Below are positions 9,396 through 18,059 of a stretch of 60,043 bases of DNA, one piece after another. Each line of letters begins with the position of its first letter. Within the stretch, counting starts at the first letter, position 1. Both the position numbers and the translations under genes were made by a program. This DNA is from Spirochaetota bacterium (GTDB lineage: Bacteria > Spirochaetota > UBA4802 > JAGODF01): the NCBI GenBank assembly GCA_026419015.1, contig JAOAAF010000003.1, forward strand, positions 1-60,043, read 5' to 3'. The notes under the pieces are model-generated. The model had not been told where the DNA came from. It ran no database searches and saw nothing but the letters and a program-made list of their open reading frames with translations.

Positions 9396-10298
9396 TCATT
9401 CGCCTAAAAATATCTTTTCAAAAAACGATTCCATGCTCTTTACCGATGGATTTTTCACTACTTGTTCCCATATTGAATTCATGGATAATAAAAAGTGATT
9501 CGAATTTTCGGACATCAGCGCCGGAACACCCTCACGCAAACTTTTATGAAAAAGAGTTGGATCGTTATACACAAATCCTGCAAAAAATATTTTCACTCCA
9601 ATTCCAAACTGAGCAAGCGTTTTTTCGAGACTACTAAACGCTTGGTATGCTTCCTGATATCCCGTTGCCATATTTACGCAAATATCAATGGGTCGCCTCT
9701 TGTTTTCCAATGCCATGAATTTTATGACCTTGTAGGCATCCAGCAATGAAGTGGATACCGGATTTATTACGAGCAATGTGTAATCCGAAAACATAATTTG
9801 ACGCATAATTATTTTATTAAGCCCAGCCCCAGTGTCAACCACAATCCATTCGTAATGTTCTTCCAACTTATTGAGTTCGCTTAATATTTTTTCATTCGCC
9901 GTCACTTCGATTTCGTTAATTCGCTTTTCATCGCCCCCAAACGAGATGAGATCGACGCCATACTGCGTATGCACAATATAATGCGGCAACGAAGAAGGAT
10001 CCTCTAAAAAACGATCTAAACATGGCGAAAGCTTCTCTCCCAGCATCAAATGCGCATTGGAAAGATGATAATCAGCATCGAACAAAAGCACCTTATTTGC
10101 GGAAAACGTTGATGCCGAATTCATCCCTATCCGTTTTGCCATCGCTACTGCAAGATTTACAGAAATAAACGTTTTGCCCGTTCCCCCTTTCCCACCGCTA
10201 ACCGTGAGAACTTTTGAACGCTTTCGTCTCCGTGCTGGCATATCGAATTTCCATTTATATAAAATTTTGTACAATTTATCTTTGAACAACGACTGCAT
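9396..10298 (-). CDS. MinD/FlhG(FleN)-family ATPase
   Basis: Deviant Walker A GGKGGTGKT, DAD...SN, DTGAG, and a C-terminal amphipathic SMESFFEKIF. Alternative start at 10241. Confidence 0.88.
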   Translation of the reverse strand: MQSLFKDKLYKILYKWKFDMPARRRKRSKVLTVSGGKGGTGKTFISVNLAVAMAKRIGMNSASTFSANKVLLFDADYHLSNAHLMLGEKLSPCLDRFLEDPSSLPHYIVHTQYGVDLISFGGDEKRINEIEVTANEKILSELNKLEEHYEWIVVDTGAGLNKIIMRQIMFSDYTLLVINPVSTSLLDAYKVIKFMALENKRRPIDICVNMATGYQEAYQAFSSLEKTLAQFGIGVKIFFAGFVYNDPTLFHKSLREGVPALMSENSNHFLLSMNSIWEQVVKNPSVKSMESFFEKIFLGE

Positions 10299-11832
10299 CC
10301 TGGGCAGTTAAACCCGAGAAATGCAAAAGGTTAATAACTTCACAAAAAACTTCAAAAATATCGGGATCAAAAAGATACGATTCCCTTTTTAACACTTCCA
10401 ATGCAACCTCAGGAGTTGCTTGCTCGCGAAACGGCTTGCGAGAAGTCAATGCAGCAAAGCTGTCGCACAATCCAATTATACGCGCATATAACGGAATTGC
10501 CAATCCCGATAGCCGCGCTGGATATCCATTTCCATTATATCGTTCGTGATGAGCGCGAATACCTTCAACAACTGCTGAAGGTAGATTCATTACTTCAGCT
10601 ACTTCTGCCGAATACTGTGGGTGCATAAGAATCTTCGCCATCTCATCTTTTGTAAGCTGCGCCTTTTTATTCAATATGGCATCGGGAATGCGAATAAAAC
10701 CAACGTTTTGCAGAAGCGCCGCCAATTCGAGTTCTTTCATTTGGAATTTCGTCAATCCAAGCCGAAGTCCAATTTCGCGTGCAAGCAACCGTACTTTTCG
10801 AGAATGATCCCACTCGTACTTTGACTGCAACAACAGCAAATATCCCTCAGCATATCTTTCAACCGGTTCCAAAAGGGTGGTGCTTTCTTCGTTTTCATCT
10901 CGCAAAATTTCACCTGGGGATTTCATCATCTCGAGCAACAAGCGCGATTTTTTGCTTATTGTCTCATTTTGATCCAACGCAAGCAAATTGAGCGCCTTCT
11001 TGAGAGACGCTGAAGGATTTTGAGAAATGAGCTTTTTCGCATTCTGGAGTAAAAGAAGTTTTTCATCATCGCTGCGTGAGCCCAATCGCTCTACGACTTT
11101 CTTAGCCACTTCTTCTGCCGCATCTACGTGGACTGGCGGTGGCGGAATTTTTCGCATACGCGAACGGAAAAACAAAAGAATTAATATCAAAACTAAAGAA
11201 ATACCTGCCGCCACCCCAATCAAAACAAACGAGAACGGAGATAAACGAAAGAAACCCTTCAGGCTTCCTTCCGCATTCAAAGCTTTTTGCTGAGATTTGA
11301 GTTCCACATACAATTTTGAAAGTTTTTCATCGATTCTATTCATTTTCTCAGCAAGCACAGCAGTTTTACGCAAATCGGCACGAGCAGTTTTTGTTTCCTG
11401 CACCTCACTCACCTCGCGCTTTGGCATCGCTTTTTCTGCAACAATCTCTTTTTTTGGCTCTCGATTTTCATTCGCGATCGCTTTTTCTGATTTGGAAAGT
11501 TGCGACACGGTCGATTCGCTTTTCGCAGCAAGCGTTTTTTGCTCTCCCTCTTTTGGCGGCTCTATCGCGGTGAGCGGTGATCCCTTATCGGTTAAATTTT
11601 TTAGATCGTGTTCTTTTTTCATTTTCCAAAACCACTTCGACGCTTCGGGATGATTGGGATTCATCTTCATTGCCTGCTTGAATAAATCGTACGCAGTTTT
11701 TAAATTTCCTGAATTGTAATTCGCAACTCCGCGTGCAACTACCTCATCCACCGAATTTGTTTGTGAATATCCTAACGCAACGATAAGCATTACCCACGCA
11801 ATCAAATAAGAAAATCGTTTCATACTCGTCAC
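10276..11832 (-). CDS. Signal peptide - TPR - linker/coiled coil - TM - degenerate HD-GYP protein
   Basis: TPR-like GVANYNSGNLKTAYDLFKQAMKMNPNHPEA, one TM helix, HHERYNGNGYP present, HD replaced by QN. Likely ATG at 11823. Confidence 0.85.
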   Translation of the reverse strand: MTSMKRFSYLIAWVMLIVALGYSQTNSVDEVVARGVANYNSGNLKTAYDLFKQAMKMNPNHPEASKWFWKMKKEHDLKNLTDKGSPLTAIEPPKEGEQKTLAAKSESTVSQLSKSEKAIANENREPKKEIVAEKAMPKREVSEVQETKTARADLRKTAVLAEKMNRIDEKLSKLYVELKSQQKALNAEGSLKGFFRLSPFSFVLIGVAAGISLVLILILLFFRSRMRKIPPPPVHVDAAEEVAKKVVERLGSRSDDEKLLLLQNAKKLISQNPSASLKKALNLLALDQNETISKKSRLLLEMMKSPGEILRDENEESTTLLEPVERYAEGYLLLLQSKYEWDHSRKVRLLAREIGLRLGLTKFQMKELELAALLQNVGFIRIPDAILNKKAQLTKDEMAKILMHPQYSAEVAEVMNLPSAVVEGIRAHHERYNGNGYPARLSGLAIPLYARIIGLCDSFAALTSRKPFREQATPEVALEVLKRESYLFDPDIFEVFCEVINLLHFSGLTAQDAVVVQR

Positions 11833-11844
11833 CCCTTAAAAATA

Positions 11845-13527
11845 TTAATAGGCTTTTACCACCCCGTGGCCAAATCGCGCGACGGGCATTGCAGCAACCG
11901 AACTCCAATTTGAACTAGGAAGCGAAACCAAATCGATTTTATAGCATGCTGCTACCCCACCACTCGAATGCGATGTAGCTCCGCCAAAGACATACAAATA
12001 ATCGCCAGATACAATTGCCGCGGCGAAGCCAATTGACAATGGATATTGATTTGTAAAAGCTGTCCACGCAGCCGGTGCGACGAATGGATACACCAAATAC
12101 CCCGCATAATTCAGAGAGGTGCTTGTTGTTGCACCTTGAAATACGTAATTGCCTGTGGTACCAGTTATTGCTGAAAACCCTCCCACTGTGACCATCATCG
12201 CCGGATATCCCTGCTTTCGAAATAGCGCCACAACCTGTCCGGTGCGATTCGACGGCAGAGCAACTTCCGTAACGCCAGTTGAAAGCTGCGTCAGAGAAAT
12301 AATAAATGCATCAACTACATTGGTAAGCGTTGCTGCAGCTGTTCTGCCACCCATAAAATAGCACGATCCTTCCAGCACAACCCCATATCGCTCAGAGCTG
12401 GCAGGCACTACGGCTGTAGGCGAACTCCAACTGTTGCTTGCAATATCGTATATCTGATTCCCTGCGGATGATGCCCATGCGGCTGTAGCATTCCCCGTTG
12501 TTCCTGCTAAAATGTAAATCTTATTGTTAAATAAAAATTCCCCAACATTTGCCCGTGCTGTAAAACCAGCACTTGACCCAGAAGACCAGCTATTGGTTTG
12601 TACATCATAAATTTGAACCGAATTGCTCACCGTGCCATCAGAGCGAAAACCGCCGATTACGTATATTTTCCCATTCGTTGCAGTAACCGAAGCAAAACTC
12701 ACTGGCACATACGTGCCGCTTGCATCTTTCGCAATGTTTGGATACCATGTATCGGTTACGGGATCGTAAAGATCGATCTGCGAAACTACCGTAGAAATTG
12801 CCGTTCCGCTTAAGCCCCCAAGTAGCCAAAACCCTCTTTGCTTTTGCGATCGCGTTGGAGATGGTTCTGTGATAGTAAATTGCTGTTCGGGTGTTACGGC
12901 GTTTCCAATTTTATCATGGTAATTTCGCACCCGATAGTAATACGTTGTGTTCGACGACAACCCGCTTATTGAAATGCTGTGATTCTGAGTTGGCGTAGTT
13001 GTTGGCACCGTGGCATGAGTGTAATTCCCCGGTGAGGTGCCATATTCGAGCGAATGCGTGGTCGCTACATTGGTCTGCCATGTTATCGTGCCTGAGCTTA
13101 AATCGGCATTGGGAGTAAACGTCAAATTCGAAACCGTAATTGTCAGCGACTCGGCTTGAAAAATACTGAAGGATACCTCCCCGCTTGCTTTGACTTCATT
13201 AGTATTTGGCGATTCGACAAATACCTTTGCATAGTAGGTAACGTTCGGCGTTAAATTGTTCACGGTTATCGTGTGGGTTGTTGCTGGTAGCGGACTTTTA
13301 TCCGTGCGATGTACGTAATTCCCGCTTTCAATTCCATAAACCGCATATGCGACTGTGGGAATATTCGTCGTAAAACGAAGCGTTGCAGAATCCACGCTTG
13401 TTTCCGTGAGCACATCAGAAACGAACAAGTTCTCAAGGTTATCAATAAGAGCCTCTTCAAACATCGCGCTACACGAAATTAATCCAATGGTTAAAAGTAA
13501 CATGGGTATAAAACAAAAAATTCTCAT
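11845..13527 (-). CDS. Lipoprotein with two FN3-like domains and a Kelch beta-propeller
   Basis: LISC lipobox; LTPNVTYY and LSSNTTYYYRV FN3 signatures; KIYVIGG...YD...W Kelch repeats. Confidence 0.88.
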   Translation of the reverse strand: MRIFCFIPMLLLTIGLISCSAMFEEALIDNLENLFVSDVLTETSVDSATLRFTTNIPTVAYAVYGIESGNYVHRTDKSPLPATTHTITVNNLTPNVTYYAKVFVESPNTNEVKASGEVSFSIFQAESLTITVSNLTFTPNADLSSGTITWQTNVATTHSLEYGTSPGNYTHATVPTTTPTQNHSISISGLSSNTTYYYRVRNYHDKIGNAVTPEQQFTITEPSPTRSQKQRGFWLLGGLSGTAISTVVSQIDLYDPVTDTWYPNIAKDASGTYVPVSFASVTATNGKIYVIGGFRSDGTVSNSVQIYDVQTNSWSSGSSAGFTARANVGEFLFNNKIYILAGTTGNATAAWASSAGNQIYDIASNSWSSPTAVVPASSERYGVVLEGSCYFMGGRTAAATLTNVVDAFIISLTQLSTGVTEVALPSNRTGQVVALFRKQGYPAMMVTVGGFSAITGTTGNYVFQGATTSTSLNYAGYLVYPFVAPAAWTAFTNQYPLSIGFAAAIVSGDYLYVFGGATSHSSGGVAACYKIDLVSLPSSNWSSVAAMPVARFGHGVVKAY

Positions 13528-13542
13528 CGCTTGCCACCTCCT

Positions 13543-14433
13543 TTAAAAACCATAATAAATGCCAAAACCAACTGCCATCGTCTGGAAATGGCGTTTGCGC
13601 TGAAATACAACGCAATAAGTTGGACTAAGGCGAAATGAAATTCCTCGGTACAGATGCACATCAACTCCCGCAGAAGCGCTCATTTCAGTATCGATCCCGC
13701 TTACCCGAGTGCTTTTTACAAAGTTTCGCTCATCGTTAATGTGGATATACGATGGTCCAATTGCCAACTGCACAAAGGGAGTAATCCTTTCAGAAAATGG
13801 AAACAGGTAGTGAAAATCGTGATATGAATACGTGACGGTTGGTTTTAGCGAAATATTCACATAGCGGACATCTTCGCTCGGCACATACCCCATATTGCGA
13901 TAGGAAAAATCTAACCCAAACGAAATGCCGCGTACCAATGGGAAATTTTTTTCTCCGTATGCCGAAAGTGCATACGAAGAATCGAAATCGTTGCGAAATT
14001 CACCAATTACCCGATAGTAGGTAATCATCATTCCAATCTTCGCATCGAATCCATAATATTTTGTCGTGAGCGTTTCATCCGAAATTTTCTCAATCAAATC
14101 AGGTACAATTGTAATGTTTCCAAGTTGTAAATTGAGCAAAATTCCAATTTCCTCATCGTAATCTTCAAACTTTCCCTGCAATACCGTGCCATCACGAAGA
14201 TATACTGAGACAGAAATTTTCTTTAGATCCGCAGCACCCTTTGATGTTTTTAAAATTTCCGATGAAGAATAGATTTTCTCCTTGCCGAACGATTCCACAA
14301 CCACCTTTTCTCGCTCAACGCTTACAATCTTTCCGAGAAGAATTTTCCCATCCAGCAAGGTAAGCGAATCGTACGAATACAATGGCATAGACATAAAAAA
14401 GCATACAATACTACTGACTATTTTCATTTTCAT
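13543..14433 (-). CDS. Outer-membrane beta-barrel with duplicated N-terminal beta domain
   Basis: Signal peptide, two LxDGxxLxGK repeats, amphipathic strands, terminal GIYYGF (C-terminal Phe, BAM-type signal). Confidence 0.8.
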   Translation of the reverse strand: MKMKIVSSIVCFFMSMPLYSYDSLTLLDGKILLGKIVSVEREKVVVESFGKEKIYSSSEILKTSKGAADLKKISVSVYLRDGTVLQGKFEDYDEEIGILLNLQLGNITIVPDLIEKISDETLTTKYYGFDAKIGMMITYYRVIGEFRNDFDSSYALSAYGEKNFPLVRGISFGLDFSYRNMGYVPSEDVRYVNISLKPTVTYSYHDFHYLFPFSERITPFVQLAIGPSYIHINDERNFVKSTRVSGIDTEMSASAGVDVHLYRGISFRLSPTYCVVFQRKRHFQTMAVGFGIYYGF

Positions 14434-14764
14434 AAAAACTCCTCACGGCGTATTTAGTATTTCTTCTATACTTCATCTCAACGAAAACATTTTAGGTTCA
14501 AAATGGACCAAAAATTTAACGATGAAAAATATATAAATATCGTTCATACTAACCCAAAATGTTGTAAAACCCCCTTCCATCTATCATAATGAAGTGAAGC
14601 AGATTATAAATCTGGTTAATAATATTTAAAATACCACTGGACTTTTACTTTTCATTTTTTTTTACAAATTTTATAAAAATTATTAACACAATTCATATTG
14701 TGTTAGATATTTATTATTAATGCTTATTTTATAAAATTCGTTGAGGAAATTGTGAGATTATGTG

Positions 14765-15838
14765 TTATGGCTCTTCTGTACTGCTTACTAACTTATAAAT
14801 TTCCCAGAGAGAATAAAACAGCGTCAATAGCAAGGGCCCAAGCAATATGCCTGCCAATCCAAATGCTTTGATGCTCCCAATCAGCAGAAAGAAAAAGATT
14901 AGAGGGTGAAAATTGAGCGTTTTCCCAAAAATTGCTGGTTTAAGTATATTTTCTAAAATTAAATACCATGCCATGCTCCATGTTGCAACAAAGGCAGCAC
15001 TCCCATAGCTTCCTTTTATTATGAGAAATACAGTGGCCGGAATCCAAATAAACATCGTCCCTATTACCGGGATAAGTGACATTATTGCGCCAATCGATGC
15101 CCACAAAAGGACTCCTGAGATTTTTACAATAAAAAATCCTATTCCAAGGCAAATTCCTTGAAGTGCCATAATCACAATATTCCCTACCAGTAACACTTTC
15201 ACCACTTCTTTAAGCCGCTTCACTACATCTTTTTCCACATCATCGGGAAATGGAAGGATGCGGTAGAAAGGTTCCTCAAGTTTGTACCCATCCTTAAAAA
15301 GAAAAAAAAGGATAAGAAGCATGAATACAAAATTCATTGCAAAATTAATTGAAAATCCTACCACAAGCGTCACATTCGTAAAAATCGACATCGCTGTCTG
15401 CTCGAGGAATGCCAGCACTTTTGACAAAATTTCTCCTCGATTTACTTGAAACTGTTCGTATAACCAGCCAACCACCGCATTATTGCCAATCCACTCCGCC
15501 AACTTTGCCCGCACAATCTCATCTTGGATGTACTTATAAAATTCAAATGCCTGTTTAGCAATCCCTAAAAGCAACAGCAGCACTGGGAAAAACACCACCG
15601 CGCAAAGTCCCAACAGCATAAGAAAACTTGCCAAAGAGTCGAGCCGCACAGCTTTTTTCAATTTATCGTACCATGTGCGGAGTGCAATATAAATTATAAG
15701 CGCAAACAAAAATGGCCAGAAATAGTAACGGAATATAAATAAAAGACCAGCAATGACCGTTCCCAGCAATAAATAAAAAAGGCGCAACAATGTGCGGTTT
15801 TCTCTGATCGCTGCGTACGATTTTTTGCTTTCAACCAT
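14765..15838 (-). CDS. AI-2E family transporter
   Basis: FFLFKDG, SLIPVIG, ENILKP, HPL...FGLAGILLGP motifs. Confidence 0.92.
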   Translation of the reverse strand: MVESKKSYAAIRENRTLLRLFYLLLGTVIAGLLFIFRYYFWPFLFALIIYIALRTWYDKLKKAVRLDSLASFLMLLGLCAVVFFPVLLLLLGIAKQAFEFYKYIQDEIVRAKLAEWIGNNAVVGWLYEQFQVNRGEILSKVLAFLEQTAMSIFTNVTLVVGFSINFAMNFVFMLLILFFLFKDGYKLEEPFYRILPFPDDVEKDVVKRLKEVVKVLLVGNIVIMALQGICLGIGFFIVKISGVLLWASIGAIMSLIPVIGTMFIWIPATVFLIIKGSYGSAAFVATWSMAWYLILENILKPAIFGKTLNFHPLIFFFLLIGSIKAFGLAGILLGPLLLTLFYSLWEIYKLVSSTEEP

Positions 15839-15875
15839 ACTGCCTTATAAAAATTTTAAAAATACATCCCTCGTA

Positions 15876-16040
15876 TTAGCGCGTGAGATAGTTCGTTAAA
15901 TCAGTGGCAATTTTCTGAATCGCATGGTCGAGGTACTCGTTATCTGCCATGCGCTTTTTATATTCTTCGATCGTAAGTTTATCCCTGCCAACCCGACGTT
16001 CTTGTATCTCACGATCATCCTTGCTCATGAGATTTTCCAT
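15876..16040 (-). CDS. 54-aa small protein, FlgM C-terminal-like (absent from the ORF track)
   Basis: Manually translated: MENLMSKDDREIQERRVGRDKLTIEEYKKRMADNEYLDHAIQKIATDLTNYLTR. GAGGGG RBS 7 nt upstream. Confidence 0.75.
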   Translation of the reverse strand: MENLMSKDDREIQERRVGRDKLTIEEYKKRMADNEYLDHAIQKIATDLTNYLTR

Positions 16041-16106
16041 AAGTTTTCCCCTCACAAATAGGGGGCCCCTCCCCTCCCTGGGCGGGTTTGCTCGCCCCTG
16101 TTTAAT

Positions 16107-16134
16107 TGTTCGGATTTTTTTAAGGTTGACTTAA
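16107..16134 (-). promoter_or_regulatory. Putative sigma-28 promoter for the 54-aa ORF
   Basis: TTAAG-N15-TCCGAACA. Confidence 0.45.
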
Positions 16135-16163
16135 CGAAACTTTATGCAATCGACGAAAAAAAT

Positions 16164-16520
16164 TTAGCGGAAAATATCTTCAACCCACTCGCAGTTGTCA
16201 TTGTGGATTGCTAAAAGATCAAATCTGAAAATCAAATTCGGATTCTTTTTTAAATCGGGGTTTAGCCTTAAAAAAGCCTCCGCAACCACTTTTAGTTTTT
16301 TTATCTTTGAAGGGCTAATTGCATACAACGCGCCACCGTAAAGATCCGTTCGACGGTTTTTTACTTCAACAAATACAATTAAATTGCCTTTTCGCACAAT
16401 GAGGTCGATCTCGCCTGTTCTTCCAAAACGAAAATTTTTTGAAAGAATTTCAAAACCCTTATTTTCAAAAAAACGGCATGCGAGAACTTCGCCCTTTGTC
16501 CCCAATTCCCTTGCGTTCAT
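16164..16520 (-). CDS. yraN: YraN (UPF0102) family endonuclease-like protein
   Basis: GEIDLI...FVEVK...RFD motifs. Confidence 0.92.
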   Translation of the reverse strand: MNARELGTKGEVLACRFFENKGFEILSKNFRFGRTGEIDLIVRKGNLIVFVEVKNRRTDLYGGALYAISPSKIKKLKVVAEAFLRLNPDLKKNPNLIFRFDLLAIHNDNCEWVEDIFR

Positions 16521-16529
16521 CTTCCCCTT

Positions 16530-17714
16530 TCAAAGTACATCGAGAAAACTAATTCCAGCTTCCTCCTCATCGAGAGCTTTTACAATATACAACGAAATTT
16601 CTTCTAAAAGATTTATGATTTTTGTCTCCCGAATTCGAGTACCCTTCGCGTCAAACACCAATTTAACAATTGGCCGAAGCGGTTTTTGCGGAATCGAGCC
16701 AATGACAATCCCAACGCTTTGATCGTTAAGGCGCACCATTGATCCGATGGGATACACTGACATGCGCGAAAGAAAAACCTTTAGGATCACTGGATCGAAG
16801 CGGTTCACCCCACTTGAGAGCAAATTCTTCATCGCATGATAAAAATACTGCCGTTTCCGATATGCCCTATTCGTAATTTGGGCTTCGTAGCTATCTGCAA
16901 TTGCCGCAATCTTTGCGGCTTCATCAATCTGATGGCCCTTTAACCCGCGAGGATACCCCCGCCCGTCATACGATTCGTGATGCTGGAGCGAAACAATCGC
17001 AACGCGTTCGCTCACACTCCCAAGCTGTTTGATCACGCGATATCCATGCAACGGATGCGTTTTGATGAGATTAAACTCCTGTTCGGTTAAATTCGACTGT
17101 TTGTGAATAATGTAAGGAGGGATTTTTAACATCCCCGCGTCGATGAGCAATGTCCCCAATCCGAGATCTCGAAGCTTTTCAGGAGAGTACTTAAGCGAAA
17201 TTCCAATAATGAGTGCATAATATGTCACATTCACCGAATGAACCACCAAATAGTTTTTCCCTTCATCGAGCCCAAACAAAAAGATAAACGAGTTAGGACT
17301 TTCGCCAAGAATTTTTATAATATCGTTGAGTACCGCAGAAAGGCCATCGATGGAAAATTTTTCATTTGCTTTAATCGCATTGTGCACGCGTTCCACTTCA
17401 AGGCATGCCCGCCGATGAATTTCGATAAACTCCTTCCGCTTTTTTAAAAGCGTTTCGTAATCGCGCATGATGGTGCGAACATCCATCCCACCAGTGGAGA
17501 CTCTCTGTTCGAGCTTAAGGTCAGCTTCGGTAGCAATCATGTCCCCTGCAGTTTCCACATATCGCACGCCCAAACTCTGCAACTTTCGGATATCGCTTTC
17601 TTTAATGGTAATATTCGAATCCACGAGTATATTATTGCTATCGATGTAAACCGGTCGGTTAAACCGCATGCCCGGCTTTAACTCATCTACGCTTAATTTT
17701 CTCATTTGTGCCAT
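16530..17714 (-). CDS. HD-GYP domain protein (HD replaced by ID)
   Basis: ELKPGM N-terminus, HSVNV, LLIDAGM, HHESYDGRGYPRGL, YPIGSMV. Confidence 0.9.
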   Translation of the reverse strand: MAQMRKLSVDELKPGMRFNRPVYIDSNNILVDSNITIKESDIRKLQSLGVRYVETAGDMIATEADLKLEQRVSTGGMDVRTIMRDYETLLKKRKEFIEIHRRACLEVERVHNAIKANEKFSIDGLSAVLNDIIKILGESPNSFIFLFGLDEGKNYLVVHSVNVTYYALIIGISLKYSPEKLRDLGLGTLLIDAGMLKIPPYIIHKQSNLTEQEFNLIKTHPLHGYRVIKQLGSVSERVAIVSLQHHESYDGRGYPRGLKGHQIDEAAKIAAIADSYEAQITNRAYRKRQYFYHAMKNLLSSGVNRFDPVILKVFLSRMSVYPIGSMVRLNDQSVGIVIGSIPQKPLRPIVKLVFDAKGTRIRETKIINLLEEISLYIVKALDEEEAGISFLDVL

Positions 17715-17753
17715 TCGCGTTCCTTCTTTAAACTCTTCTTTTTCTCACCACAA

Positions 17754-18059
17754 TCAAAACGTGGCATCGAGTTTATTTTTTAGCTTTTCATTTATCCAAT
17801 AACAATATCCAAACACTTCTGCTACTGCTTTAAAAAGATTTTCGGGAATTTTTTCTCCCACTTTTAGCAAAGAAAGCGCTTCTGCCAAATCGGCATCTTC
17901 ATATAATGGCACGTTGTGCATTCGCGCAATTTCGATTATCTTTTCTGCTAATTTCCCCTGTGCCGATGCAATTACCGAAGGTGCTTCGCTTCCATCGTAT
18001 TCAAGCGCAACTGCCTTTTTTGTGCCCTTTCTCATCTGCTTACGCCTGAACATCGACAC
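17754..18059 (-). CDS. FlhB/EscU C-terminal-like (FlhX/YlqH-type) protein
   Basis: KAVALEY...APSVIA..QGKLAEKIIEIA..HNVP...IPENLFKAVAEV. Confidence 0.9.
   Translation of the reverse strand: MSMFRRKQMRKGTKKAVALEYDGSEAPSVIASAQGKLAEKIIEIARMHNVPLYEDADLAEALSLLKVGEKIPENLFKAVAEVFGYCYWINEKLKNKLDATF

Noticed and set aside
16055-16101. c-di-GMP-I riboswitch (GCAAACC motif)
   Set aside because: Lacks the GNRA-capped P2 and the following GCAAAG/P3 elements; kept only as a generic structured leader.
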